64,000 nt of DNA from an uncultured Actinomycetes bacterium. Lineage in GTDB: Bacteria; Actinomycetota; Thermoleophilia; UBA2241. Location of the stretch: positions 96,001-160,000 of the forward strand of contig CAVYCN010000012.1 in NCBI GenBank assembly GCA_963767005.1. The letters are read 5' to 3'. Shown here piece after piece: positions 15,633 through 25,151 of this stretch. Positions within the stretch are counted from its first letter, which is position 1. The number at the start of each line of letters is the position of its first letter. The translations under genes and the position numbers were made by a program. A model generated the notes under the pieces. That model searched no databases. It was not told where the DNA came from and was given only the letters and a program-made list of their open reading frames with translations.

Positions 15633-16265
15633 TCAGCCGGCCAGTGCCGGCCGCGAGATCGCGAAGATGGCGATACGCGCGGTGAAATTGGGCCGCCGCA
15701 GGGTACGGGCCGGGCGGTCGAAGCGGTCCAGATAGGCCTCGCGGATGATGTGCAGGCCCTCGCGGCGGCACAGGTCGCGGAAGTCGTTCACCGTGCACAG
15801 GTGGATGTTCGGCGTGTCATACCAGTGGTAGGGCAGCTCCTTGGAGACCGGCATGCGGCCCTGCGCGAAGAGCTGGCCGCGCACCGACCAGTGGGCGAAG
15901 TTCGGGAAGCTCACGATGGCGGAGCGCCCGACCCGCGCCATCTCGCGCACGAGCATGCGCGGCCGGCGCAGCTGCTGCAGGCTGAAGCTCAGGATGACCA
16001 CGTCGATCGAGCCGTCGAGGTAGTCGGCGAGGCCCTCGTCGAGGTCGCCGTGGAACACCGACAGGCCCCTGCCCACGCAGGCTTCGACCGCGGCCGGGTC
16101 GATCTCGACGCCGCTGCCCCGCACGTGCTTGTCGCGCACGAGCGCGGCGAGCAGCTCGCCGTCGCCGCAGCCCAGGTCGAGCACGGTGGCGCCATCGGGC
16201 ACCATCTCCTCGATCAGCCGGTAGTCGTAGCGGTCGAGGATCGTCGGCGCGCGCTCCGTCTCCAC
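15633..16265 (-). CDS. metW: Methionine biosynthesis protein MetW
   Basis: VLDLGCGDG, FPNFAHW and WYDTPNIHLCT motifs; downstream of metX. Confidence 0.92.
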   Translation of the reverse strand: METERAPTILDRYDYRLIEEMVPDGATVLDLGCGDGELLAALVRDKHVRGSGVEIDPAAVEACVGRGLSVFHGDLDEGLADYLDGSIDVVILSFSLQQLRRPRMLVREMARVGRSAIVSFPNFAHWSVRGQLFAQGRMPVSKELPYHWYDTPNIHLCTVNDFRDLCRREGLHIIREAYLDRFDRPARTLRRPNFTARIAIFAISRPALAG

Positions 16266-16269
16266 AGCT

Positions 16270-17508
16270 CTAGCCCTCCCCGTCCGCCGGCCACAACGAG
16301 GCGGCGCTGCTCGCCAGGAAGTTGGCGATCACGCCCTCCATCTTGAAGCGCTCGAGCAAGAACGAGTCGTGGCCGAAATCGGACTTCACTTCGTAGTAGC
16401 TCACGTGCTTATGGGTGGCGCGCAGGGCGCTCACGATCTCCTTGAGCTGGTAGGGCGGGTGGAGGCCGTCGCTCGTGAACGACATGGCCAGGAAACGCGC
16501 CTGTGTGTGACGCAACGCTTCGGCGAGACTTGCCTTGCCGCGCGTCAGGTCGAAGTAGTCGATCGCGCGCGTGATGTAGAGGTAGCTGTTCGCGTCGAAC
16601 CGGTCGGTGAAGGCCATGCCCTGGTAGTTCAGGTAGCTTTCGACCTCGAAGTCGGCCGAGAAGGTGAACGAGTAGTCGGGCAGCTCCTGCAGCCGGCGGC
16701 CGAACTTCTCGCGCATGGCGGCGTCGGAGAGATAGGTGACGTGACCGATCATGCGCGCCACCGACAGGCCGCGGCGCGGCAGGCGGTGGCCGTAGTAGTG
16801 GCCGCCACGCCAGTCGGGGTCGGCCATGATGGCCTGGCGACCGACCTCGTTGAAGGCGATAGCCTGGGGCGACTGCTGGGCGGCCGTGGCTACCGCGATC
16901 ACCGCCTGGACGCGCTCGGGGTAGGCGACGGCGAGCTGCAGGGCCTGCATGCCGCCCATCGAGCCCCCGATCGCGGCGAGCAGCCTGGGGATGCCGAGCT
17001 CGTCGAGCAGCAGCATCTGCACGTCGACCATGTCGGCGATCGTGACGATCGGAAAGTCGGTGCCGTACGGCTCGCCGGTGGCCGGGTCGGTGCTGCCCGG
17101 TCCGGTCGTGCCGCCGCAGCCTCCGAGCACGTTTGCGCAGATCACGAAGTAGCGGTCGGTGTCGAGCGCCTTGCCGGGACCAACCAGCATGTCCCACCAG
17201 CCCAGGCGCTCGTCGTCGGGCTTGTTGCGGCCGGCGACGTGGGCGTCGCCCGACAGCGCGTGCAGTACGAGGACGGCGTTGTCACGCCGCTCGGAGAGCG
17301 TGCCGTAAGTCTCGTAGGCGACCGTCACCGGCCCGAGGGTCTGACCGCCCTCAAGGACAAGGCGGTGCGGCGGCGCCGCGACCGTGACGAAGCGCGTCTC
17401 GACGATGCCGGCGGCGCCGGCCTGCGGATCGGCGACGATCGGCACGTCGCCGATCTGCGACGCGCCGGCGCCGGTCGCGGTCGAGCTGTCGCTGCGGGGC
17501 TTGGCCAT
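16270..17508 (-). CDS. metX: Homoserine O-acetyltransferase
   Basis: HALSGDAH, GGSMGG nucleophile, RFDANSY, GHDSFLL; TAGAAT -10 element 6 nt before the ATG. Confidence 0.93.
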   Translation of the reverse strand: MAKPRSDSSTATGAGASQIGDVPIVADPQAGAAGIVETRFVTVAAPPHRLVLEGGQTLGPVTVAYETYGTLSERRDNAVLVLHALSGDAHVAGRNKPDDERLGWWDMLVGPGKALDTDRYFVICANVLGGCGGTTGPGSTDPATGEPYGTDFPIVTIADMVDVQMLLLDELGIPRLLAAIGGSMGGMQALQLAVAYPERVQAVIAVATAAQQSPQAIAFNEVGRQAIMADPDWRGGHYYGHRLPRRGLSVARMIGHVTYLSDAAMREKFGRRLQELPDYSFTFSADFEVESYLNYQGMAFTDRFDANSYLYITRAIDYFDLTRGKASLAEALRHTQARFLAMSFTSDGLHPPYQLKEIVSALRATHKHVSYYEVKSDFGHDSFLLERFKMEGVIANFLASSAASLWPADGEG

Positions 17509-17570
17509 GAACGGATTCTATGCGGTCGAGGCGGCGGGGCGCCAAGGGCGCCCCGCCGCCTCACGCCCGG

Positions 17571-18866
17571 TCAGGACCTGGCGAGGGCCTGGTCGATGTC
17601 GGCGATGATGTCGTCGAGCGACTCGATGCCCACCGACAGGCGCACGAAATCGTCGGTCACGCCGGTCTCGAGCAGCTCGGCGGGGCCGAGCTGCGAGTGG
17701 GTCGTGGTCGCCGGGTGGATGACGAGCGACTTGGCGTCGCCGATGTTGGCGAGGTGCGAGAAGAGCTCGGTGCTCTCGACGAAGTGCCGGCCGGACTCGC
17801 GGCCACCCTTGATGCCGAAGCCGACGATGGCGCCGTAAAGGTCGCGGTGGTGGAGCCGGCGGGCGACGTCGTGCGAGCCGTGCGACGGCAGGCCCGGATA
17901 CGCCACCCACGTGACCTGCGGATGCGCCTCGAGGTGCCGAGCGACGGCCAGGGCGTTCGTGCTGTGACGCTCCATGCGCAGCGGCAGGGTCTCGAGCCCC
18001 TGCAGGAACAGGAATGCATTGAACGGCGACAGCGCGGCGCCGATGTCGCGCAGCAGGCTGACGCGCAGCTTGACGATGTAGGTGGCCGCCCCGAGCGCCT
18101 CGTAGAACCGAAAGCCGTGATAGCTCGCGTCGGGCTCGACCAAGCCCGGGAACTTGTCGTTCTGCGACCAGTCGAAGCGGCCGCCGTCGACGACCACGCC
18201 GCCGATCGACGTGCCGTGCCCGCCGATGAACTTGGTGGCGGAGTGGACCACGATGTCGGCGCCGTGGTCGAGCGGCCGGATCAGGTACGGAGTCGGCATC
18301 GTGTTGTCGACCACGAGCGGGATGCCGGCTTCGTGGGCGATCGCCGCGACGGCGTCGATGTCGAGCGTGTCGAGCTTGGGGTTGCCGACCGTCTCGGCGT
18401 AGAGCAGCTTGGTGGTCGGGCGGATCGCCCGCCGGAAGTTCTCGGGGTCGGCCGGGTCGACGAGCTCGACGTCGAGCCCGAACCGCGGCAGCGTGTGGAC
18501 GAACAGGTTGTAGGTGCCGCCGTACAGGCTGTTCGCGCTGACCACGTGGTCGCCGGCGCCGGCGATGTTGAGGATGGCGAAGGTCACCGCCGCCGAGCCC
18601 GATGAGAAGGCGAGGGCGCCGACGCCGCCCTCGAGCGCGGCGATCCGCTGCTCGAAGACGTCGTTCGTCGGGTTCATGATGCGCGTGTAGATGTTGCCGA
18701 ACTCGCGCAGCCCGAACAGGTCGGCGGCGTGGTCGGCGTCGTTGAACACGTACGACGTCGTCTGGTAGATCGGGACGGCGCGCGCGTTGGTCGTGGGGTC
18801 GGGCTTCTGACCGCCGTGCAGGGCGAGCGTCTCGAAGCCGGGGGTCGTCTGTTTCAGGTCGGTCAT
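17571..18866 (-). CDS. metY: O-acetylhomoserine sulfhydrylase (aminocarboxypropyltransferase)
   Basis: [27 protein letters not shown] (PLP Lys) and [10 protein letters not shown] motifs. Confidence 0.93.
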   Translation of the reverse strand: MTDLKQTTPGFETLALHGGQKPDPTTNARAVPIYQTTSYVFNDADHAADLFGLREFGNIYTRIMNPTNDVFEQRIAALEGGVGALAFSSGSAAVTFAILNIAGAGDHVVSANSLYGGTYNLFVHTLPRFGLDVELVDPADPENFRRAIRPTTKLLYAETVGNPKLDTLDIDAVAAIAHEAGIPLVVDNTMPTPYLIRPLDHGADIVVHSATKFIGGHGTSIGGVVVDGGRFDWSQNDKFPGLVEPDASYHGFRFYEALGAATYIVKLRVSLLRDIGAALSPFNAFLFLQGLETLPLRMERHSTNALAVARHLEAHPQVTWVAYPGLPSHGSHDVARRLHHRDLYGAIVGFGIKGGRESGRHFVESTELFSHLANIGDAKSLVIHPATTTHSQLGPAELLETGVTDDFVRLSVGIESLDDIIADIDQALARS

Positions 18867-18893
18867 TGGTCGCTCCAGGAAGTTCGAGGGTGC

Positions 18894-19307
18894 TCAGATG
18901 GCGTAGGTCTGCGCCGACCGCGCGCGTTCCGCGGCCGCGCCGATCGTGGCGCCGGCCAGGACCCGGTCGACCGCCTGCCGCACGTCGCGCCACACGGGCT
19001 CGACGAGGGCGTCGGCCTGGCCGGCGCGGGGCATTCGCACCGCCTCGAAGGGCCCGTCGACGAGTTCCCGCACCTCTGCGAAGGTCATAGCGTCGGGCGA
19101 CCGGGCGAGCAGGTAGCCGCCGTTCTTGCCTCGCATGCTCGACACGAAGCCACCCTGGCGCAGGTCGTGCATGATCTGCTCGAGATACTTGCCGGGGATG
19201 CCGCCGAAGGCCGCGATGTCGCGCGACTGGACCGGAGCGCCGCCGTACGAGAGCGCGAGGCGTACGAGCGCCTTGATCGCGTAGTGACACCTGGTCGAGA
19301 TGTGCAC
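18894..19307 (-). CDS. Rrf2 family regulator, CymR-like (no Fe-S Cys triad)
   Basis: ISTRCHYAIKAL, YLEQI and RGKNGGYLLAR motifs; C-terminal TYAI. Confidence 0.85.
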   Translation of the reverse strand: MHISTRCHYAIKALVRLALSYGGAPVQSRDIAAFGGIPGKYLEQIMHDLRQGGFVSSMRGKNGGYLLARSPDAMTFAEVRELVDGPFEAVRMPRAGQADALVEPVWRDVRQAVDRVLAGATIGAAAERARSAQTYAI

Positions 19308-19310
19308 CGC

Positions 19311-19368
19311 TTTGTCCTTCTTTCCTAGAGAGTTTGCGCACTTTATCTCACGAGATCGGCTCGGTCAA
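19311..19368 (-). promoter_or_regulatory. Housekeeping-type promoter and AT-rich operator for the Rrf2-met cluster
   Basis: TTGACC (19363-19368)-17 nt-TAAAGT (19340-19345), followed by AAACTCTCTAGGAAAGAAGGACAAA. Confidence 0.55.
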
Positions 19369-19429
19369 CCGCGTGCTCCGCGATGAGATAATGCCGGCAA
19401 GGAGCCGGGCGCACCGCCCCGGAGACGCC

Positions 19430-20383
19430 GTGGACGACGACTACACAGACAAGCGACGACCCAGGGTCGCGGGGATCCTTGAGCGCGAGCTACCCGGCCT
19501 GCAGCGCGCCGTGCCGATCGCGCAGCACTGCGCCTACCGGGTGGGCGGCCCCGCCGAGTACCTCATCGTCGCCACACGCACAGAGGACCTGCGCCACGCC
19601 GTGGTCGTCGGCCGTGAGCTCGGCCTCGCCGTCACCGTGCTCGGCCAGGCGACCAACGTGCTCGTGAGCGACCGTGGCGTCGCGGGCCTCGTCGTGCTCG
19701 CCCGCAACGACCGCACGCGGCTCGACGGCGAGCTGTTCACGGCCGGCGCCGGCGCCCTGCTGCCCGAGGTCGTCGGCGACCTCGCCCGGCGCGGCCTCGC
19801 CGGCCTCGAGTTCGCGGGCAACATCCCGGGGTCGGTCGGCGGCGCCGTCGTCGGAAACGCCGGCGCCTACGGGCGCGCCGTGGGCGACGCTCTCGTGCGC
19901 GCCCGCGTGCTGGCCGCCGGCCGCGAGCATCTGGCGCAGCCGGCCGACCTCGCCCTCGGCTATCGCACGAGCGGACTCAAGGGCGATCACGACGCGGTCG
20001 TGCTCGAGGCGACGTTCGCGCTGCGGACCGGCCAGGCCGACGCCCTGCTTGCCGAGATCGCCCGCGACGCGGAGCTGCGCCGCGGCAAGCATCCGCTCGA
20101 CTACGCGTCGTGCGGCAGCTACTTCAAGAACCCGTCCCGCGAGGTGCCCGCGGCGAAGCTGATCGACGAGGCCGGCCTCAAGGGCATGCGCCTGGGCCGC
20201 GCCGAAGTGAGCCGCCAGCACGCCAACTTCATCGTCGCCCACGCCGGCGCCGGGGCCGAGGACATCAGGCGCGTGGCCGACGAGGTGCGGCGCCGCGTCT
20301 TCGAGCGCTCCGGCGTGCGTCTCGAGGAAGAGGTCGTCCTGCTCGGCTTCGACGAGCCGGCGCGTCCCGGCGTGGCCTCCTAG
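19430..20383 (+). CDS. murB: UDP-N-acetylenolpyruvoylglucosamine reductase
   Basis: YRVGGPA, IPGSVGGAVVGNAGAYG, SCGSYFKNP, HANFIV and LEEEV motifs; start set to the GTG after GGAG. Confidence 0.92.
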   Translation: MDDDYTDKRRPRVAGILERELPGLQRAVPIAQHCAYRVGGPAEYLIVATRTEDLRHAVVVGRELGLAVTVLGQATNVLVSDRGVAGLVVLARNDRTRLDGELFTAGAGALLPEVVGDLARRGLAGLEFAGNIPGSVGGAVVGNAGAYGRAVGDALVRARVLAAGREHLAQPADLALGYRTSGLKGDHDAVVLEATFALRTGQADALLAEIARDAELRRGKHPLDYASCGSYFKNPSREVPAAKLIDEAGLKGMRLGRAEVSRQHANFIVAHAGAGAEDIRRVADEVRRRVFERSGVRLEEEVVLLGFDEPARPGVAS

Positions 20384-20465
20384 CCGCAGCGCTATACTGG
20401 CGCCGTCGGGGCGCCGCGAACCTTCCGCGGCGGCCGTTGCGTCTCCCTGGACGAGGAGGACGAGG

Positions 20466-21071
20466 ATCGAAGCCCTTCCCCCGGGTCTGCTCGAGCGCCT
20501 ACGGCGCGGCACGCCCGAGGCGCGCGCCGAGTTCTTTCGCCGGTACGCGCCGCGTGCCCGCGAGATCCTCTTCCTGCAGGGCATGTGCGACGACGTCGAC
20601 GACGGCGTCCAGGAGGTGTTCGTCAAGGTGTTCCGCGCGACGCTGCCGGGCGAGGAGACCTTCCTGGGCTGGTTCTACCAGGTGATCGTCAACACGGGGC
20701 GCGACCTCGGTCGGCGGCGCGGCAGCCGCCTGCGGCTCCTGCGCCGCCTCACCGACACGGCGCCGTCCGACCTGGCCCCAGCCCCCGAGCCGCCGAGCGG
20801 CGACCGCCGGCTGCGCGAGGCCCTGCAGGGCCTCGCTCCCGAGTTTCGCGAGACCGTCGCCCTGCGCTTCCTGGCCGACCTCTCGCTCGACGAGATCGCC
20901 GCCTGCCAGGGCGTACCGACCGGCACCGTGAAATCGCGCCTGCATACCGCGCTCGCCCGCCTGCGGACGGCGCTGTCCGGCCCGGCGGCGACGCCTGGCC
21001 CCGACGTTCAACGGCAGGGGACTAGCCTCGCCGATTCGGGGGATATGGCGCTTGAGGTCCCCGATCCGTGA
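20466..21071 (+). CDS. ECF RNA polymerase sigma factor; probable ATC start
   Basis: DDGVQEVFVKVF, FLGWFYQVIVN and GTVKSRLH motifs. The N-terminal helices lie upstream of the first ATG (20583); GAGGAGG SD is 6 nt before ATC at 20466. Confidence 0.85.
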   Translation: MEALPPGLLERLRRGTPEARAEFFRRYAPRAREILFLQGMCDDVDDGVQEVFVKVFRATLPGEETFLGWFYQVIVNTGRDLGRRRGSRLRLLRRLTDTAPSDLAPAPEPPSGDRRLREALQGLAPEFRETVALRFLADLSLDEIAACQGVPTGTVKSRLHTALARLRTALSGPAATPGPDVQRQGTSLADSGDMALEVPDP

Positions 21072-21862
21072 GCGATTTGCACGACAACCAGCGCGCGGCT
21101 TTCGACGACGACCGTCTGCTCGACTTCGCCCTCGGCCTCGAGGACGATCCGGAGCTCGCGGCGGCGTTGTCGCAGTCGGCGCGCCTGCGCGAGCGCCTTG
21201 CCGACCTCAAGTCCGACCTCGCCGCGATCGACAGCGAGCTGCGGCGTTGCGTGCCGGCCGTCGACGACAGCTGGGCCGAGCCTGCCGGCGCGGGTTGGCC
21301 GCGCCTGCGCGCCGCCTTCGGGCTGCGGCCCGCCACGCGGCCGGCCGGCTGGCGCGGCCGCCGCCTCGTCACGGCCCTGGTGGCCGCCGCCCTCCTCGTG
21401 GCCGTGGTGATCGGCACCGTCGTCGTGCTGCCGCGCGGCGGCTCGAACACTACCTTCAGCGGCTCCGAGAAGAACGCCCCGGCGCCGGCCGTCCATGCGG
21501 CCGGCGCCGCGGCGGGAACCGCCCAGCCGGCGGTGATCGCGACGAAGGCCGCGGGCTACGCGGTGGTCGCCGTGGTGCGCGTCGGTCCGCTGCGCGGCGC
21601 GAGCCAGTCATACACCGTGGTGCGCCGCCTCAAGGGCCGGCCGCCGGCGGTCTTCACGCTCGTGCTCCAGGCCATCGACAACGCGCCCCAGGCCGGCTCC
21701 CTGGCGATCGCATACCTCGACCCCGTCGCCACGTTCGCGCCGAGCGCGGCGGGCTCCTCGTCGGCGACGACGCCGGCGCCGTTCACGCTCGCCGGCCGGG
21801 CGGCGCTCGTGAGCGCGCTGCCGGCCGGCGCCCCGGCCGCGTCGGTACGCCTGCCCCGCTAG
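21068..21862 (+). CDS. Putative membrane-anchored anti-sigma factor
   Basis: Overlaps the sigma stop (GTGA); N-terminal LLDFALGL helix, one TM segment and an extracytoplasmic tail. Confidence 0.7.
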   Translation: MSDLHDNQRAAFDDDRLLDFALGLEDDPELAAALSQSARLRERLADLKSDLAAIDSELRRCVPAVDDSWAEPAGAGWPRLRAAFGLRPATRPAGWRGRRLVTALVAAALLVAVVIGTVVVLPRGGSNTTFSGSEKNAPAPAVHAAGAAAGTAQPAVIATKAAGYAVVAVVRVGPLRGASQSYTVVRRLKGRPPAVFTLVLQAIDNAPQAGSLAIAYLDPVATFAPSAAGSSSATTPAPFTLAGRAALVSALPAGAPAASVRLPR

Positions 21863-21982
21863 TCCGTCGAATGACTTCGTCGTCGGCCGCTCAGGCCGGC
21901 GTGACGTCGGCGCGCCCCCAGTGGGCGGGCCAGCCGCCCCGGGTCCTGGCGTTCGACGCGTCCCGCGGTGTATAAGACGCCC

Positions 21983-22753
21983 ATGCCGGACCTTCTGACG
22001 GGCAAGAACGTGCTGGTGATGGGCGTCGCCAACCAGCGCAGCATCGCGTGGGCGGTGGCCCGCGCCGTGCTCGCCCACGACGGCCGCCTGGCGCTCACCT
22101 ACCAGTCCGAGCGCAACCGCCCGCGGCTCGAGCGGCTGCTCGCCACCGTCGGCGCCGACGTACCGCTGATCGCCTGCGACGTGACGAGCGACGGCGGCGT
22201 CGCCAAGGCGATGCGCGCCGTCGCCGAGCGCATGCCGGTGCTGCACGGGCTCGTGCACAGCGTCGCCTACGCACCGGCCGAAGACCTGCAGGGCAGCTTC
22301 GTCGAGACCACCCGCGACGGCTTCGCGGTGGCCAACGACGTGAGCTCGTACAGCCTGATAGCGGCGGCGCGCGAAGCGCGCCGCCTCATGGCGCAGGGCG
22401 GCGCGATCGTGACCATGACCTACGCCGGCTCGCACCGGGTCGTCCCCAACTACAACGTGATGGGACCGGCCAAAGCGTCGCTCGAGGCCAGCGTCCGGTA
22501 CCTGGCGGCCGACCTCGGGCCGGCCGAGATCCGCGTGAACGCCGTCTCGGCCGGCCCGATCCACACGGTCGCCGCGCGCAGCATCAAGGACTTCGCCGGC
22601 ATGCTCGACCTGCTCCAGACCCACACGCCGCTGCGGCGCAACGTCACGGCCGACGAGGTGGCCGACGCGACCGTCTTTCTGCTCTCGGACCTGTCGCGCG
22701 CGATCACCGGCGAGATCGTCCACGTCGACGCCGGCGCCCACGCGGTCACCTAG
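21983..22753 (+). CDS. fabI: Enoyl-ACP reductase (NADH)
   Basis: GVANQRSIAW, YNVMGPAKASLE and NAVSAGPI motifs; TATAAG -10-like element 6 nt before the ATG. Confidence 0.93.
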   Translation: MPDLLTGKNVLVMGVANQRSIAWAVARAVLAHDGRLALTYQSERNRPRLERLLATVGADVPLIACDVTSDGGVAKAMRAVAERMPVLHGLVHSVAYAPAEDLQGSFVETTRDGFAVANDVSSYSLIAAAREARRLMAQGGAIVTMTYAGSHRVVPNYNVMGPAKASLEASVRYLAADLGPAEIRVNAVSAGPIHTVAARSIKDFAGMLDLLQTHTPLRRNVTADEVADATVFLLSDLSRAITGEIVHVDAGAHAVT

Positions 22754-22808
22754 ACTCCCGCGGCGCGCGTTCCCCGCAGTCGACCACCCTGCCGCGAACG
22801 CCGAGTAT

Positions 22809-22837
22809 TTGCATACTTGCTCGATTCGCGCTAATTT
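22809..22837 (+). promoter_or_regulatory. Promoter of the GH4-pfkB-gatZ operon
   Basis: TTGCAT-17 nt-TAATTT in an AT-enriched patch. Confidence 0.5.
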
Positions 22838-22873
22838 GCGACAGTATCGCTCACAACAAGCGAGGAGCCGGTC

Positions 22874-24166
22874 GTGACACGGATCGTCTTCATCGGCGCC
22901 GGCAGCGTCGAGTTCACGCGCAACCTCCTGGGCGACATCCTCACGTTTCCCGAGCTCGCCGACGCGACCATCGTGCTGCACGACATCGACGCGCAGCGGC
23001 TCGAGACGGCGGCGGCGATGGCGCGCTGGACGAACGCCGCCGTCGGGGCCCACGCCACGATCGAGGCGAGCCTCGACCGGCGCGCCGCGCTCGACGGCGC
23101 CGACTTCGCCATCAACACGATCGAGGTCGGCGGCATCGCCGCGACCCGTCTCGACTTCGACATCCCAGAGCGCTACGGGCTGCGCCAGACGATCGGCGAC
23201 ACGCTCGGGGTCGGCGCCGTGTTCCGCGCGCTGCGCACCATCCCGGTGCTGCTCTCGATCGGCCGCGACATGGCCGAGCTGTGCCCGCACGCCTGGCTGC
23301 TCAACTACACCAACCCCATGGCCATGAACTGCTGGGCCTACGACGCAGGCTCGCCGCACAAGCGCATCGTGGGCCTGTGCCACTCCATCCAGAACACGAG
23401 CCGCCAGGTCGCCGAGTACGTCGGCGTGCCGTTCGACGAGGTGACCTTCGTCGGCGCCGGCGTGAACCACATGGCGTGGGTGCTGCGGCTCGAGCGCGAC
23501 GGGCACGACCTCTACCCGTTGCTCGACGCCGCGATCGCCGCCGACCCCGAGGGCCTCGGCCGGCACGTCCGCGTCCAGATCTACCGCACCTTCGGCTACT
23601 TCCCGACCGAATCGAGCGAGCACTTCGCCGAGTATGTCCCCTGGTTCATGCGCGACGACGCCGAGATCGCGCGCCTGCGGATCCCGGTGCGCGAGTACAT
23701 CGCGCGCAGCGAGGAGAACATCGGCTTCTACGAAGAGGAGCGGCGCAAGCTCGCCGCCGGCGAGCCGTTCGAGATCGAGCGCAGCCTCGAGTACGCCTCG
23801 CTCATCGTCCACTCGATCGTCACCGGCACCGAGCGGGCGATCTACGGGAACGTGCGCAACGCCGGCCTCATCACCAACCTGCCCGAGGGCGCGTGTGTCG
23901 AGGTGCCGTGTCTCGTCGATCGCACCGGCGTGCAGCCGGTCGTGGTGGGCGAGTTGCCGGCGCAATGCGCCGCACTCGATCGCACGTTCCTGAACGTCGC
24001 CGAGCTGACGGTGCGTGCCGCGCTCGAGGGAAGCCGGGACCATGTCCTGCAGGCAGTCCTGCTCGACCCCAACGCCGGCGCCACCCTGTCGCTGGCGGCG
24101 GCCGGCGCGCTTGTCGACGAGATGCTGGCCGCGCACCGCGCGGCGCTGCCCGACGCGCTGAAGTAG
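22874..24166 (+). CDS. melA: Family 4 glycoside hydrolase (alpha-galactosidase-like)
   Basis: IVFIGAGSVEF, QTIGDTLG, LNYTNPM, GLCHS, GVNHMAW and TESSEHFAEY motifs. Confidence 0.88.
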   Translation: MTRIVFIGAGSVEFTRNLLGDILTFPELADATIVLHDIDAQRLETAAAMARWTNAAVGAHATIEASLDRRAALDGADFAINTIEVGGIAATRLDFDIPERYGLRQTIGDTLGVGAVFRALRTIPVLLSIGRDMAELCPHAWLLNYTNPMAMNCWAYDAGSPHKRIVGLCHSIQNTSRQVAEYVGVPFDEVTFVGAGVNHMAWVLRLERDGHDLYPLLDAAIAADPEGLGRHVRVQIYRTFGYFPTESSEHFAEYVPWFMRDDAEIARLRIPVREYIARSEENIGFYEEERRKLAAGEPFEIERSLEYASLIVHSIVTGTERAIYGNVRNAGLITNLPEGACVEVPCLVDRTGVQPVVVGELPAQCAALDRTFLNVAELTVRAALEGSRDHVLQAVLLDPNAGATLSLAAAGALVDEMLAAHRAALPDALK

Positions 24167-24172
24167 GCGACC

Positions 24173-25135
24173 GTGCCCGCCGGTCCCCGGTTCGACCTGC
24201 TCGTGGTCGGCGATCTCAACCCCGACGTCGTGATGGCCGACCTGCCGCCGCGCCTGCGGTTCGGGCAGCGCGAGCAGCTCGTGGCCCGGGGGGCGCTCAC
24301 CGTGGGCGGCTCGGCCGGCATCGTCGCCTGCGGCGCCGCGCGGCTGGGCCTGCGCACCGCCCTGGTGTCGGCGGTCGGCGACGACGAGGCCGGCCGGCTG
24401 CTGCTGACCCTGCTCGGCGAGCGCGGCGTCGACACCCGCGGTTGCCACGTCATCGACGCCGCGCCGACCGGTCTCACCGTCTGCCTCGTGCGCGGCGACG
24501 ACCGCGCCATCGTGACCGCTCCCGGCTGCGTCGCCCGGCTCGACGGCGCCATGGTCGACCGTGACCTTCTTGGGGCGGCGCGCCACCTGCACGTCGCCTC
24601 GCCGTTTCTGCAGCCGCTCCTTGCGGCCGGGCTACGGGCGCTGCTCGACGAGGCCCGCGGCGCCGGTCTCGGCACGTCGCTCGACTGCAACGACGACCCT
24701 ACCGACGTCTGGGACGCCGGCGTGCCGGACGCCCTGCCCGCCGTCGACGTGCTCTTCGCCAGCGGGCGCGAGGCGCTCGCGCTGACCGGGCGACGGGGCG
24801 CGCTGGGGCCCGCGCTCGAAGGCCTCGCGGCTCGCGGCCCGCTGCCGGTCGTCAAGCTCGGCGGCCGCGGTGCCGTGATCCTGCGCGACGGCGAGACGAC
24901 GACGCTGCCGGCGCTGCCCGTCGATGCGCTCGACGCGGTCGGCGCCGGCGACGGCTTCGCCGCCGGCTTCCTGTACGGACGGCTGAGCGGCGCCGACGCC
25001 GTGCGTTGCCTCGCGCTCGGCGTGGCGTGCGGCTCGCTCTCGACGCGGCGGCACGGCGGCGTCAGCGCCCAGGCGACGCTCGACGAGGCGGAGCGCGGCG
25101 CCGACGCCGTGCTGGCCGCAGCGGCGCGCGCGTGA
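24173..25135 (+). CDS. PfkB family carbohydrate kinase
   Basis: GGSAGIVA, VKLGGRG and DAVGAGDGF signature. Confidence 0.9.
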   Translation: MPAGPRFDLLVVGDLNPDVVMADLPPRLRFGQREQLVARGALTVGGSAGIVACGAARLGLRTALVSAVGDDEAGRLLLTLLGERGVDTRGCHVIDAAPTGLTVCLVRGDDRAIVTAPGCVARLDGAMVDRDLLGAARHLHVASPFLQPLLAAGLRALLDEARGAGLGTSLDCNDDPTDVWDAGVPDALPAVDVLFASGREALALTGRRGALGPALEGLAARGPLPVVKLGGRGAVILRDGETTTLPALPVDALDAVGAGDGFAAGFLYGRLSGADAVRCLALGVACGSLSTRRHGGVSAQATLDEAERGADAVLAAAARA

Positions 25136-25151
25136 GCGTGCGCGCTCGGCG

